Shown one piece after another: positions 1-13,188 of a stretch of DNA of 64,000 nt. The DNA comes from Chiloscyllium plagiosum. Its lineage: Eukaryota. The position numbers and the translations under genes were made by a program. Numbering within the stretch: position 1 is the stretch's first letter; the number at the start of each line of letters is the position of its first letter. The DNA lies in NCBI RefSeq assembly GCF_004010195.1, contig NC_057719.1, positions 73,770,928-73,834,927 on the forward strand, given 5' to 3'. A model generated the notes under the pieces. It had not been told where the DNA came from and did not search any database. It worked only from the letters and a program-made list of their open reading frames with translations.

Positions 1-245
1 ACTTCTTCACCCAGTGAGTGGTGGCTGTGTGGAATGCTCTGCCCCAGAGTGCAGTGGAGGCCCACTCTCTGGATTCTTTTAAGAAGGAGTTGGATAGAGC
101 TCTCAAAGATAGTGGAATCAGGGGTTATGGAGATAAGGCAGGAACAGGATACTGATTAGGAATGATCAGCCATGATTATATTGAATGGCGGTGCAGGCTC
201 GAAGGGCTGAATGGCCTACTCCTGCACCTATTGTCTATTGTCTAA
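1..245 (+). mobile_element. CR1 LINE 3' end
   Basis: FFTQ*VVAVWNALP-type RT C-terminus followed by the CR1 tail (gaatggcctactcctgcacctattgtctattgtc). Confidence 0.9.
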
Positions 246-254
246 TATCTTTTC

Positions 255-570
255 CTAAAATCCATTCATGGGATCTGGGCCTCACTCGCTATAACAGCAT
301 TTATTAACCATCCCGAATTGTTGTGTAGGCCGAATCAGGGAAGGGAGGCAGATTTCCTTTGTGAAAGGGCATAAGTGAACCAGATGGGTTTTTACAACAA
401 TCAGTTGTGGTTACCTGTTCACTATTAGACTAACTGTTTATTCTGAAGTTTTTAAAAATTAATTTTAAATTCCACAATCTGTCATCGTAGGCTTTGAGTC
501 TATTATCCCCAGAACCTTGATCAAGGGGTCTGGATTGCTAGTCCAGTAACAAAACCAGTACACTAACACT
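255..570 (-). mobile_element. Shark SINE with LINE-derived tail
   Basis: Shares 'attcatgggat...cagcatttatt...agtgaaccagatgggtttttacaacaatc' with copies near 24170-24380, 35175-35490 and 62220-62545. Confidence 0.65.
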
Positions 571-904
571 ATTTGCAAAGAGATTTAAACTGTCCACTTT
601 TCGTTTCACACATCAACATTTACCCATTAGCTTACAAAGTAATTTTCTTCAAGTGCATGTGCAGTTTTTAGAAGTTTCTATTGAAACTGATTCCACCACC
701 CTTTCATGTAATATCAAACAATCGTTTGCATGAAAAGGTTACTCCTCATTTCTCCACGAGTTAGTTTGTCAAACGCATGACTTCCATCCAAGGTAATAGT
801 TTCACTTTGCTTGCTTTCTCACAATCATGACTAAATTTATTGCTCTTATTAGGTCTTGCCTTGACATTATATACCTTAGGGAGAACAATCCTAGCTTCCA
901 TAAT

Positions 905-1650
905 CTCTCATAGAAAATAAGAGGAGGAGTAGCCCATTCGGCCCTTTGAGCCCACTCTACCATTCATTATGATCATGGACAATTGTCCAGCTCAGTAGCC
1001 TGCTCCCGCTTTCCCCCCATATCTTTTGATCCCTTTAGCCCCAAGTGCTACCCAACTCCTTCTTGAAATCATTAGATATTTTGGCCTCAACTATCTTCTA
1101 TGGTATGGATTTCCATGAGCTCATCACTGTCTGAGTTAAGTAAGTTCTCCTCTTCTCAGTCTGGATGGTTTATCTCATATCCTTAAACTTGTGACCCCTG
1201 GTTTCTGGACTCCCTTGCCATCAGGAACATTTTTCCTGTATCTACCCCCTGTCTAGTCCTGTTCAAAGAACTGAACTTCCTCATCCATGTATCATCCTAA
1301 TAAATCTGGTCCCCCCAGCCAGAGGAAAGTCCTCCCAGCATCAGGTCTGTTCAACCCTGTTAGAAGTTTTTCAATTTCAGTGAGATCCCTTCATCCTTCT
1401 AAACTCCAGTAAATACAGGACCAATTGTTCCAATCTCTCCTCCTATAACAAACCTGTCAGCCAGGAATCAGCCTGGTGAGCCTTCACTGCAATGGCCCAA
1501 TGGCAAGTATATCTCTCCTTAGGTAAGGAGACCAAAACTGCGCACATCACTTCAGGGGTGATCGCACCGAGACCTTGTACAGATACAGTAAGTGATTCTT
1601 GCTCCTGTTTACAATGAAGGTCAACATGCCATTTTCCTTCCATGCATACT
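905..1650 (-). mobile_element. CR1 LINE 3' fragment
   Basis: Reverse CR1 tail (ggagtagcccattcggccctttgagccc) and a degenerate VQFWSPYLR motif at about 1517-1545. Confidence 0.85.
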
Positions 1651-2199
1651 TGCTGCACATACATGCTTGCGATTTACAAGACTAGACCAAAAAGGTTCAC
1701 TCAATGTATTCGCTTGTCACTTCCATGGCCTGTGTAGACAGCTTCACAAGAGATCCACCATCAGTGTTCTTTAAAGACAGAGACACCCAACTTGCAAATG
1801 AGCCTCAGTGATTCAGAAGTCCCTAGATGCACTCTATAGTGCGCATGGTGATATTGTGATTTGTCATCATTCCAGGGATATTCGCACAAAGGCTGTAACG
1901 AGTGAAGTGTGTATAGTTACACTGTATCTCCATTTGAAGTGTGTTGAGGAATTGGAACTAAGCCAAAGAGAGGGGTATCCTGGCACAATGTCCTCTGCCA
2001 AGTTAGAGCTGGCTTCCTATATCCTTCTCTGTACGGATAGGAGGCTGGCTGGCTAACCAGTCACACCATGTTCTTGGGTACACCTTCTGCCATACACAGC
2101 CTCATCAAAGACTCCTGTACCAAACGTTTCCCTTCAGGGAGTTGAAATGTTAGCTATCTTCCCAAATACTTGATTGCAGCCCACCGCTGCCCAGTGACT

Positions 2200-3460
2200 G
2201 ATTCATACTCATTTCCAACTTTTAACATTCACACAGTGCCGTTATCCGGTAACTGCAACTAGCAGATCCAGTGATGATGCTTCTTGGTACTGAGTTTGCT
2301 CCAGCTCTGCCTCCCCCCTGGATAAGCCTGACTCAGCGGGAGGCGATTCCTGGCATCTAGTCAGACAGGGGACAATTCGGGTGAGGGAAGGAGCAAAGGG
2401 GAGAAGGTAAGAAATCCATCTGTGGGCTACGCAATAGGGGAGATGGAAAGATGAGGGTGTGCTGGAAGTTGGAGGATAGGATAATACCATCATCTCAGGG
2501 ACTCCAGTGGCATAGTCCCAACAATCTTGTGTGGCAACCCTGGAAGATGCTGGAGACCCTTGTTCCTCTATTATGGGTGAGCTTATCCAGAGGCAGAATG
2601 TCAGTGATAGTGAGACACAGCATTGATGTGATATGTCTGCTGCTGCTGCTGCTGAAGGTGGGCACAGGCAGTGGGAGTGGCTGTTCTATGAGGATGAGGT
2701 GAAGTATCTGGATGATGGGGCCAGGATGTGCTGATGGCTGAATGCTGGGCTGTGGTGCAGTGAACAGAGTGAGAGGTCGATGGAGTGATGGTCAGAAAAT
2801 ATGATGGGAAGGTTCATTCTCTGACTTTGCATGAGATCATGACACTCCTGTGACACTGCTTGGGACCAGACTCCTTGTACTGACCTCCCCAGCTACCTGC
2901 TGCCAGTTTCTTTAGAAGATGGTCCTTGAAGGTCTCCCATCGAAACGTAGCCTGTCCTCTTGTCTGCCTTTACCTGCTAGAGACAAAAAAACCCTGCAGA
3001 TGCTGGGTAGACAAGGTAGACAAGCTGGAGGCTGGAAGAGCACAGCAAGCCAGGCAGCATCAGGAGGTGGAGAAGTCGACGTTTCATGAGTAATCCTTGT
3101 TCAGGCCTGGTAGGCAATCAATTCCACATCAGTGAATCTAGGGAGTCTATGCCCTCCCGCGTACTGGTGGCCAGCTTGCCTCACATGATGACGACAACAG
3201 AGGTGCAGTTCCACTTTTAAGGACAGGCTGTCTTTAAGAGGAGCCGGCTGCTTCCATCCCTTGCTGACAGTGCACCGAGCATGGCTTCCTGCTGAGTGTT
3301 CAGGCAGACCCCACTTGCACTGAGCCTCCGGTGAGGTAAATGAGGATCCAGTACACTGTGTGCTGCCTGCTGTAACGACAGTGGAATGGAAAGGTCACAA
3401 ACCACAACCATTTCCCCCACCCCAGCCAGCACTCAAGAATGGGCCTTAAACCACTTGAAG
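2200..3460 (-). mobile_element. Degenerate PIF/Harbinger element, Myb/SANT-like ORF relic
   Basis: Minus strand reads GGHRLPRFTDVELIA (about 3157-3113). After an inserted element it continues NWQQVAGEVSTRSLVP...QCHR (about 2910-2840), matching the PRFS..ELE...W.EVA..VS..S...R...QC pattern of Harbinger Myb-like proteins. Confidence 0.6.
2980..3110 (-). mobile_element. Short Penelope-like terminal element with degenerate hammerhead motif
   Basis: Minus strand CTGAACA...GAAACGTCGACT followed by gatgctgcctggcttgctgtgctcttccagc, the same tail family as 27766, 36969 and 37580. Confidence 0.7.
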
Positions 3461-5049
3461 CCCAAAGAAGAGGATACAGTGTTTGATTTCAATTCTCATT
3501 ATTTAACATAATTTAACATTGCAAAATCACTCTTGTAGTTATTACCTGTTGTGCTTTCTATCTCACACAAACATCCCAATCACAGCAAGAGAATTGGTAA
3601 CTCGATTAATTATTTTTATTTGAAGAGATGAAACTGTACCCAGCAACATCTAGCAGGCTAGTTAACGGGTTTAGTCTGGAAGACTGCTCCTATCTTCAGC
3701 CCGATGACCTCACAAACATATCCATGACTTCTCTGTCTGGTAACGCACAGTAGTTATAGATACGCACCGTCGCATTATCTTCAAAACATGCATCCTTCAG
3801 TGAGGTCCACAGAGCACTCAGCACTTCAAGCTTTAAAAGGCAATCAAGCTGCTCTATTGTACAATCTGTAAACGATTCAGAATAAACTGCCTCTCAGAGA
3901 GTATGTTAGCTGACTCTGCACATTTTACCCATTTACCTAACTCTTACTGATACTTCCTAGAGTGAAAGAATCTGCAGCACCATCTATTCAATTAACTGAA
4001 GTACTGATGGTCTTCACAGTATATAAACATAACTAATAGACAGCCTCCAGATTGCTGTTAATGACACTAATAAATAAACCATACCCATGTTTGTGTGACA
4101 GTTCATTATTTTAGAATAGGTGCAGGCATAATAATATTTTCAATTTCTTTGGAGACACAGTGGACAATTCATTCAATGATTGGCTGTTGACAATATTAAC
4201 AGACATTATTATGCAAGCCACAGCATAACACTGGTGATGAAACTAATAGCAGTGTGTGATACGACACATGCCTGTCTGATAAAAGACATTGTTTGGACAC
4301 CACCAAGCATAAGAACAAAGTTCCAGATCCCCTCTTGATGGTTAGGTGAGGTGCCAGGCACCTTCAGATGTGAGCAAATCCCTGCACCCACCAATGAGAA
4401 AGTCTGCCAGATTTAGGACCGACCACTCAGTTTTACAGCTGACCAGTCTCGGTCATGAGGTTCATTTTCAACCTCCCCCTCCACCTGCAGGATTTGTGGG
4501 GTGAATGGGCAAGAGCAGAGGGTCCCTTGAGCAGCTATCCCCTGCTCCCCCAATCTGTGCCTCCAGTTGGGCAATTGGAGTTCTCCCCTCAGCCCCAACT
4601 CAGCAGGTAATCCCTCGGATTTCCTAGTTAAGAAATCAGCCACTTTTCTTGCCTTCTGGGATGACAGATAACTGGGCAAGTTAACCACTTGAGGGCCTGC
4701 ATTGATGTGTTTTGAGAAGGTCTCCGATGGACATACTCATCCAGCCCTAAGGTCTGAGGTGCCACAAAGAGGCTAAGTACTTTACCAGAGCCAACCTGCC
4801 TGATTATTTGCTGTTCTTACCACCCCCAGACAGAGAGCAATTGTACCCCATGGATGTCTTGATTCTACTGCGTTGCTACAGTAAGGTACCAAATAAAGGC
4901 AAGCCCTGTTTCCAAGTTGCAGCGGTTAAAGTGTTGACATGTGGAAGCTTTTTTTGTACCTATGTGATCCTGTCAAGAGTAATCAGAGAATGAGTAGCTG
5001 TCCTAGCCGCAGAGAGCGTACGAACCAGGGAAGATTAAAAGTGGTGGAA

Positions 5050-5410
5050 GACTTTACAACACCAATGTATATTTCTGTAGTACCTTTAATATAACAAAAC
5101 ATTTCCAACATTGTCCTAAATAAGAAGGTATTGGTGCAGATCAGTTAGGTTAAAGGATGTCTCAACAAAGAAAGCAGAGTTGTAAGTTGGGAATGAATAG
5201 GGAGGGAATTCCAGAGCTTAGCACTGAAGATGTAACTGAAGGCACAGCCACCAGTGCTGGTGCGATTAAAATTGAAGATGCTGAAGACATCAGATACCAA
5301 TAAGTGCAGATATCTTGCACAGTTTTGGCACTGGAGGAGATTCGAGATGGGAAGGAGCAAGGCGATGGATCTAAAAATAAAGTGGAGTGTTATAAAATCA
5401 AGACATTGTT
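5050..5410 (-). mobile_element. L2 LINE 3' end
   Basis: GGCAFSY...KLWNSLP relic plus an L2-type tail. Confidence 0.75.
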
Positions 5411-5885
5411 CGGCTTATAGATTATTTTGTAGGCCAACTTATCTCAGGGGCTTGTGGGCTGATATTTTCCTGCTTAGAATAGCCACAGGACACATTCATG
5501 TATTTGTATGGCAACGCCCAATTCAAAATTCTACTGGAAGCATTAACCTGTTTAAAATAAATAAGCTCTGTTAAAATACTGGACAAAGGACTTTCACATA
5601 TTTCAAACATGCTAACACAAATATCACACATCATTTTAGTACCCTGCATTTTAGTTATAATTTAGTCATGCTGCATGTTAACTGTGTATTGAAAATGTAT
5701 TGACTTTTCTTGATGGGATAACTAATGATTTAGATCTTTTATTGCCTAGCATCAGAAAAAATCTAATATCATTCATAGTTACGGTGCATGGCTCGGAAAA
5801 CTAACACAATCCAAGTTGCAGGTGATTTTTTTTATTTTTAACATTCATGAATTTATTGTCTCATGTTATCTCCAACTTCCCTCAG

Positions 5886-6160
5886 ATAACCACTTCAGAA
5901 GATTTGTCTGCCTTGGTAAATGGTACTGACAGCCCAGAAGAAAAGACATTGGAGAGTGAAGATAAATCAGAGTTTGAAGAGAAGCTTCGTGAGAGAGCTT
6001 CCAAACCTCCACCCTTGGTGTTGTCAGAGCTTGAACTAGAGAAACCCAGAGTTTCATCCACACTTCCCATTTTAACTCCGAAAGAACAACCTGCCCAATG
6101 CGAGGGATACCTTGCACGTAAACATGAACTAGAAGGACCTAATAAGAAAGCATCAAACAG
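5886..6160 (+). CDS. SPTB: Beta-I spectrin internal exon (linker and start of PH domain)
   Basis: Acceptor ttccctcag|ATA and donor AG|gtgaac. Encodes ITTSEDLSALVNG...PAQCEGYLARKHELEGPNKKASNR. EGPNKKASNR is the SPTB-type PH entry; SPTBN1 has EAHNKKASSR. Confidence 0.92.
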
Positions 6161-6219
6161 GTGAACCTCTAAGGCTCTGAATTTTTTTTAAACTTGTGGA
6201 ATCTGAATGTGAATAACAT

Positions 6220-6640
6220 CCTCAGCCTTGGCTCTGTTGACTGCAGTCTTGCCTCTCAGACCCCCTCCAAATAATGTGCATGAAAGGCAGGTCCCTCCAC
6301 AGGACTGAGGGGGTGCTCCTCTGTGACATTTGTTGTCTTTCTGATGAGTTGTTAACACTTCCCTCCTAGGTAGACTTAAAAAATCCGGTGGTGCTATCTC
6401 AAAGAAGTGAGTGGCAATTATCTAGTCATTCTGGTCCATATTTAGCTCTCAATCCACATCAGAAATGCCAATGATCTAGTTGTTACTACGTGTGTGGGAG
6501 TTTACTGTGCTCAATTGAGTTGCTGCATTTCCTACATTACAATAGTGACTGCACTTCGAAAGTTCCTCATAGGCTGTTAATTACTTTGAGTTTTCTGGCA
6601 GCCACGTCAAAGGTGCTATATAAATGCAAGCCTTTCTTTC
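6220..6640 (+). mobile_element. Deu-domain (SacSINE1-like) SINE
   Basis: Contains 'gtgggagtttactgtgctcaattgagttgctgcatttcctacattacaatagtgactgcacttc' and the tail aaaggtgctatataaatgcaag. A second copy lies at about 58370-58720. Confidence 0.7.
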
Positions 6641-7772
6641 TGATGCAGTGCAATTTCATACTGTCCACAACATGGCAGTTGATTTACAACATGAATATCT
6701 CAAAGAAGCTCCTGTCATGGCTGATTTGATACATGCATTAAAGGTTTAGTTTGAACCTTTTAGGAAATATTTCTTCTGTGAGATATGCCAACCATACCAT
6801 GGAAGTTTTTTTTCACAAAGAGGATTAACTAATTCATGATGTTTTGAGGAAGTCTTTCCCCATTGTACAGACAGCACTAAAAGGAATTTTTCCTGCGTTT
6901 GACCCAGGAGAGCAGAGACTCAAGACTGGAATCTCAGAAATGGAAAAAATGCTACATTCTCCAAGCAAACTTCCCTGTAATCACAAAAACATCCTGTTTT
7001 CTTTTTGAAGTTACATAAATGTTTCCCTGTTGAGTTAGTGAATAAATTGCCTGCTCGACCTTTTCATCATTTCTCTTGATTTCCATGCTGTCTAATTCCT
7101 GTGGATATTAAATCCTGTATGAGTCGCAATTTCCTTTTGCTTAACATTAGAAAGATAAAGCCTTTTCATTTCAATTCACCCGACAAAGATTATTCCCTTT
7201 TTCTTGATTCTATCCGAAGACCTCCATTTTTTCTGACACTGACAGTCATCACCTTTGGGTTTTATTTGAATCTGAGTTAAACTTTAACCTCTATATTTTC
7301 CATTCTATCAAATCTACTTGCTTCCACCTTCTGATACTGAAACATTCTGTTGCGCCTCTATTGGTTGCAGATTAAAGCTACCCAAGATCTTGCTGGCCAC
7401 ACTTTCTTCAAACTCCATAAACTGCGATAAGTCCAGATCTCTGCCCCATCTTTTGGCAAAATAGATCCTACAGACCTGTTCTTATAACTTTCCAATACAT
7501 TTGATTCAAGGTCCGACTCATCTATAACAAATTGCTCCATGACATTCCCTACCCTTAAAATCTCCCCCATACCTATCTTTTTGATCAAAGATTCACTCAC
7601 TTCTTAATTCTGTCCCATCCTGAATTAGTATCAATTTTCAATATGGCTGGGAAACAGCCTGGGATTTTATGTATTGTCACAACTTGTTGTCATACAATGC
7701 CAAAGAAGTCCATGCTACTGAATTTGAAAGTTTGCACATCTGCGTACAAATATGTGCTGCCTTTTCACTTAG

Positions 7773-7946
7773 GTCTTGGATTACCTTATATTGTGCCCTG
7801 AAGAGTGGTGAACTCTACTTCTATAAGGATTCAAAGAATTTTAGTGCTGGCGTTACATACCATGGAGCTGACCCTTTGAATCTGAAAGGTGCTTCATGTG
7901 AAGTTGCTGCTGATTACAAGAAGAAAAAGCACGTGTTTAAGCTGCG
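7773..7946 (+). CDS. SPTB: Beta-I spectrin PH-domain exon
   Basis: Acceptor cttttcacttag|G and donor CG|gtgagt; phase matches the previous exon. Encodes SWITLYCALKSGELYFYKD...YHGADPLNLKGASCEVAADYKKKKHVFKLR, a beta-spectrin PH signature. Confidence 0.96.
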
Positions 7947-8885
7947 GTGAGTAGATTTGATGTTGCTGATATGGTGTAGAGGGATAGCTAAGATTTCTGT
8001 GGCTGTGTCATGATATTCTCTTGACATACAACTGCAGCATGAAACAAGGTCAGAAAAGGGCAATGCATCAACAACATTTTAACAATTAAAGAAAATATGA
8101 CAAAGTAAATGAGAGATGTCTGGAGACAAGAATTTATTTTTGGTGCTGAACATTAGCTTCAGTGTCATCAAACTGTTGGCAAGGGTACTCATTTCACTCA
8201 GTTTCCATTTTGAGCAGCACTGGGATTGCAACAACCCATATCACATTTTATTTTCTTAATTACTTTCCAGGCCTTATTGATTTCCTAAATTTCTCCGTGG
8301 GACTTATCAATACATTTTTGGCAGATTTCTGAAGCACTTCGGCAGTCAACTGACAGGGAATTGCTCACAACTGATGATCCATGATTCTGTAGTTCTGTTG
8401 CCTTTTTATTATTTGGAACTCCTGAAGTCTCTGGGCAAAATAGCGCCAGCTTCAGCAGCCAGTTTGTCAGCCATTTTGTGCCCAACTACCTGTGAAATAT
8501 TGCAGGCGGCAATATTTTGGTTTTCCTGTTCTGTGTTTGTTTAGCTGTCATCCTTTTTTCTCCTGAGACCACTAATATTTTCCAGGAGAACACAACTGGT
8601 GCCAGTAATCCATACCTTTATTTTATAAATAGAACAGTACGTTCATAGAATGCATTTACAAAGCTTTAAAGCAGTTGAGGAATTCAGACGACAGGGGTAA
8701 ACTGTGACTGGTCATTCATGAGAATTATTTGACTCCAGACTGTGTTACTACTGTAACCCCTTCGTTATCAGTAGGAGCTACAAATACAATTATATAATTC
8801 TCCAACGTGTTGTTAGGCTATGATTGATGCTGTCATGTGTGGGAACTCTCAATCTAAATGTATTGCATTTGATCTTCCATTTCAG

Positions 8886-8928
8886 ATTGAACAATGGCTC
8901 TGAGTACCTGTTCCATGATAAGGATGAG
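8886..8928 (+). CDS. SPTB: Beta-I spectrin 43-nt PH-domain exon (absent from the ORF track)
   Basis: cttccatttcag|ATTGAACAATGGCTCTGAGTACCTGTTCCATGATAAGGATGAG|gtaagt gives (R)LNNGSEYLFHDKDE. This exactly fills the gap between KHVFKLR and EELHNW. Confidence 0.95.
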
Positions 8929-9149
8929 GTAAGTCATCTGAACACTCATGTATTCTATTCAAATCTAATGTCCCTTTTGTAATAGTGACACCAAAATAAA
9001 TCACTGTGAATTTTAATACATGACTAAGCCTAATGTACACAGTCAGGGTAATTTTGTACAAGTTCAAGCTCATTTTTTTAACCATTTCCTACAACTCAAG
9101 TTCAAAGCAAACATAATTCAGTTAATAAATAATCTATGCAACCCAAGAA

Positions 9150-9620
9150 GTATTACCCAATAAGGATAGGTTGAGTAGACTAGGTCTACATTCTATAGAA
9201 TTCAGTAGAATGTGTAGTGAGCTCCATGCAACATATACAATTCTTAAAGGGCTTAACTGATAGACACAGGAAAGATGTTACCCCTGCTTGTGGGGCCACA
9301 GTCTGTGAAAAGGGATTTAGCCGTGCGGGACCAAAATGAGAGAGTTCTTCATTCAAATGAGTGTGGATCCTTGGCATCCTCCATCCCAGAGAACTGTGTT
9401 TGCTCATTCACTGAATGCATTCAAACCTGTGACTATGTTTGGGTACTGAGGGAATTATGAGTACAGGGAGAGTGTGGGAAGATGCAGTGTGCTAGAAGAT
9501 AAGCAACTAGAGATGGATAATAATGTTGGCTTGGTTAGCAAAGCCAGCATCCCATGAAAGAATTAAAAACAAATTTTATTAAATGGTGAAACAGGCTCAA
9601 AGGATTGAATGGTCTTATGT
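9150..9620 (+). mobile_element. Degenerate CR1 LINE 3' fragment
   Basis: DRLSRLGLHSIEF motif and a CR1 tail. Confidence 0.7.
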
Positions 9621-11139
9621 CCTTACTCGACTAAAATGCATTATAAAGACAGCAAAAGGTGACAACAATGGTGGGAAAAGAGGCAGAGCTATGGCAAAAA
9701 TGTTTAAGAACATTGTTAACAAAAAAATTTGAAATGGAATGTTGACTTGCAACCTAGTTTTCATTTGTTTATATAGAATAGAATAAATTTGTGTTATACT
9801 GCACTTTTCGAATTTTCTGAGTCCCATTTTGTATCTGATATGCAACACTAATTATTATCAGTCAATAATTGATGTAATTTCAGATAGGTACAGTTAGTGA
9901 ATAATAATGGTTTCCCTTCATTATTATTGCCTGCAATGATTTCAGTTCTCATTATATTCCTTTAAGTTAGATTATACAGAATTACTTGCCAATGTGTCAA
10001 GCAAAATGTTTGTCACCTTATACGTCCACCGTCACCTCTTCAAATTGAATTCCAAGTACAAACTATTGCCACTGAAGAAATATTTACATTCTAGTAAGCT
10101 TATATCTTAGTACTGTATGTATAGATTAGTATAGGAAGTTGCATAGTAAAGGGCTGTTGTTAATGAATGTCCATTTGTGCTTTTTATTTGGTAATGGGAT
10201 GTGCATATCATTGGCAAGAACTACATTTTGGGCCTACTTGTAATTGCTTTTAAGAAGGTCCTGGTGAACCATTTTCTTCAATTACATTCAGAGAAGTGTA
10301 GGTACTCTTAAGGAGATAGTAATTAAGGAGATAGTAATTTATCACCATATTGATACAGTGTAAATAAAGGAAAGGGTAAAAATGTCACAATCAGTGCAGT
10401 GTGTGGCATGTGAGGGTTAGGGTTAGAGTGTGTCACATTCTATCTGCCTACTGTCTTCATCCATCTAGTCAGTAGAAGTTACAGGTTTGGAATGTGCTAG
10501 TGCATTTAGCTGATTTGCTCTGAATTAAATTTGGAATGAAACTGCCACGAATTGTCTGTAATTTTTACTTGCCAGTTAGAATTATTGGTGTAATGGTCAG
10601 AGGTTTTCCAGGTCTCCCTTAAAAAGACACCATGGGACATCTCCTGTCAATTGGGTCTCTATGACTTGATGACTGGATGACACAGTAAAGATTGATACAA
10701 TGTCATTGCCGACCTAGTGGTCTTTGAAATATTTTGCTGGTTCCTATTTTCAGAAAGAACAAGGTTGGTTAATTTTTGTATTCCCAGGTCATTCTTCCTC
10801 GTTGATAAACAATAAGACTAGAAAAATCAGTTCTCAGACTCCTGTGGTGTTTTACGTTATTTGTTTAACTCATGGAGCTGAACTTACCCAAGATTTACTA
10901 AAGTGCCGATTTTGAGGAGTTTTGTGGAGAATTTCCTTCTGTGCACTGTAGTGAGTTATCTCAGGCAATTTTACACTGTTCACCTCATTACATATGCACC
11001 ATACCTCTCAGGTCCTGCTCCCACACTATCTTGCACTTACTAACGGTGGAAATACTCATCATGGCAAAGAGCTTCTGGGATTTCACCACCAGCTCCATAC
11101 TTAAAACCCAGTTTACGCCAGGTCAATTGCTGCCAGCTG

Positions 11140-11470
11140 AGGCAACGTGGTGGCTCAGTGGTTAGCACTGCTGACTCACAGCGCCAGGGACCCAAGTTCA
11201 AATCCCGACTTGGACGACTGCCTGTGCAGTGTTTGCAAATGATTTCCATATTTGTGGTCTTCCTCCAGCTGCTCCTATTTCCTTCCAAAATCTGATGATG
11301 TGCAGATTAGGTGGATTGGCCATGCTAAATTGCCCATAGTGCCTAGTTATATGTAGGGTAGGTGGATTAGCCATGGGAAATGCAGGGATAGTGTAGTGGG
11401 GGGTGTGGGTCTGGATGAGATGCTCTTCAGAAGATGTGGACTTAATGGGCTGAATGGCCAACTCCCAAAC
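11140..11470 (+). mobile_element. HE1-type tRNA-derived SINE
   Basis: A-box tggctcagtggttagc, B-box-like agttcaaatcc, and the conserved core gatgtgcag-ttaggtggattggccatgctaaattgccc. Confidence 0.88.
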
Positions 11471-12880
11471 TCTTATGAGCTAGGAATTGTCCTTCTTCCC
11501 CGTTGTTATCAAACCTTTGAACAGAACTCTCAAATGTTAATGTTGATCTCTCTGCACCTTCTCTGCAGCTGTTACACTCTATTCTGCACTCTGTTCTGCT
11601 ACCTTGGTGCACTTTGTATGATACCATCATTGTATGATATAGCATGCAAAACAACACTTTTCACTGTATCTCGGTACATGTGACAACAATAAATCAAACT
11701 CAAATTCAACTTCAAATCTGTTTGGACATTGGATGTGGAGGAGACATCTTATGGGTTTCGGTTGCCCCAGCAGAAGAAAGTTGCATTGCAGACACACTGG
11801 GCATCATAGCATGGTATTTTGACCACCATATCTAAAGTGAGTAGAGCACCACTGCCCATCTCTCATCTTTCATCTCATGAGGGCACCAATGACTGGAAGC
11901 TCCACATTAGGAGGCCACTGCACATCTAATGGACATTGACTTTGCTCCTGGGTTTCCAGATGATTTTTGTCGCAACTATTAGTGCAGCAGTCACAGAGAT
12001 GGCCATGACTCTGAGTCTGGATTCACTGGGGGATGGTTCAAATGAGCCTATATGAACAATATCCGAAACAAAGCAGCTCTTCTGTATTGTGATCATTCAA
12101 CAGTCACAAAAGACATAAATAATATTTAAATATCAATTCAGGAGATAAGAAAATTCAGCCCATTGCATTAGGAGGTGCAATTAGCTGCCCAAAAATTTAA
12201 GCAAAATAATACTTTATAAATATTTGGTTAATAATGGGACTGAGAATTAGAAGAGGTGTAAGGATACTTTATTGTATAGCTTTATTCGTGTAATGATGAT
12301 ATTAAACAAATAAGTTTTAATTTCCCTAGAATTTCAAAGATAAAGGATTTGATCAACATTTTCAAGATATGAAGGGGCAGTAAAAGTGTAAATAGTGACA
12401 AGCTGTTTCCATGGTCGGGATGTCTGAGACAATGAGGCATCATCTAAAAAACTGGAGTCACGTCTTTCACAAATGAAAAAAACACTGCCAAAGACAAAGA
12501 GTGCTTGGAGTTTAGCGTTCTCTTCTGCAAGCAACACTTGATGACGTATTCTTGGTTAATTATAAAAGCAAGATTGGCAGGTTTTCATCAGCTGAGGGTA
12601 TCAAAGTGTACGGGGCAAAACACACTGAATCAAAGGTTACATATCAGGCATGATCTCATTGAATGGTGGAAAAGGCTTAAATGGTTAATTGGCTTATTTT
12701 GTGTGACTAAACTCCCATGCTAAGGAAAACACCTGATTTCAAATGTTGTGTATGATGTTTACACAATTGTATGGATATTTGCTCAATGTTAAGGAAGAAA
12801 GCATGGGATGAACCTTCCCAGCCAGGTGCGTGGTTAATGGGAAAGGCCTGGAAACTGATATCTGACTGAGATCCCAATGT

Positions 12881-13188
12881 TAGATTAGATTAGATACAGT
12901 GTGGAAACAGGCCCTTCAGCCCAACAAGTCCACACCGACCCGCCGAAGTGCAACCCACTCACCTACATTAACCCCTTCACCTAATACTACGGGCAATTTA
13001 GCTTGACCAATTCACCTAATTGGAACATTTTTGGACTGTGGCAGGAAACCGGAGCACCCGGAGGAAACCCACGCAGACACAGGGAGAATGTGCAAACTCT
13101 ACACAGACAGTTAGTCGCCTGAGGCAGGAACTGAACCCGGGTCTCTGGCACTGTGAGGCAGCAGTGCTAACCACTGTGCCACCGTGCC
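12881..13188 (-). mobile_element. HE1-type tRNA-derived SINE
   Basis: Reverse strand ggcacggtggcacagtggttagcactgctgcctcacag...ccgggttcagttcc with a (tctaa)n tail. Confidence 0.9.

Noticed and set aside
10308..10337. 15-bp tandem duplication ttaaggagatagtaa
   Set aside because: Ordinary slippage duplication. The Shine-Dalgarno-like aaggag has no meaning in this context.
11140..11215. tRNA genes at SINE heads (also about 13115-13188 and 60262-60333)
   Set aside because: The A/B boxes run straight into HE1 SINE bodies, so these are tRNA-derived SINE heads.
11740..11930. Possible second Harbinger transposase C-terminal relic on the minus strand
   Set aside because: Only a faint VIGAL...GAL...VVKI resemblance across frameshifts, which is insufficient without a profile search.
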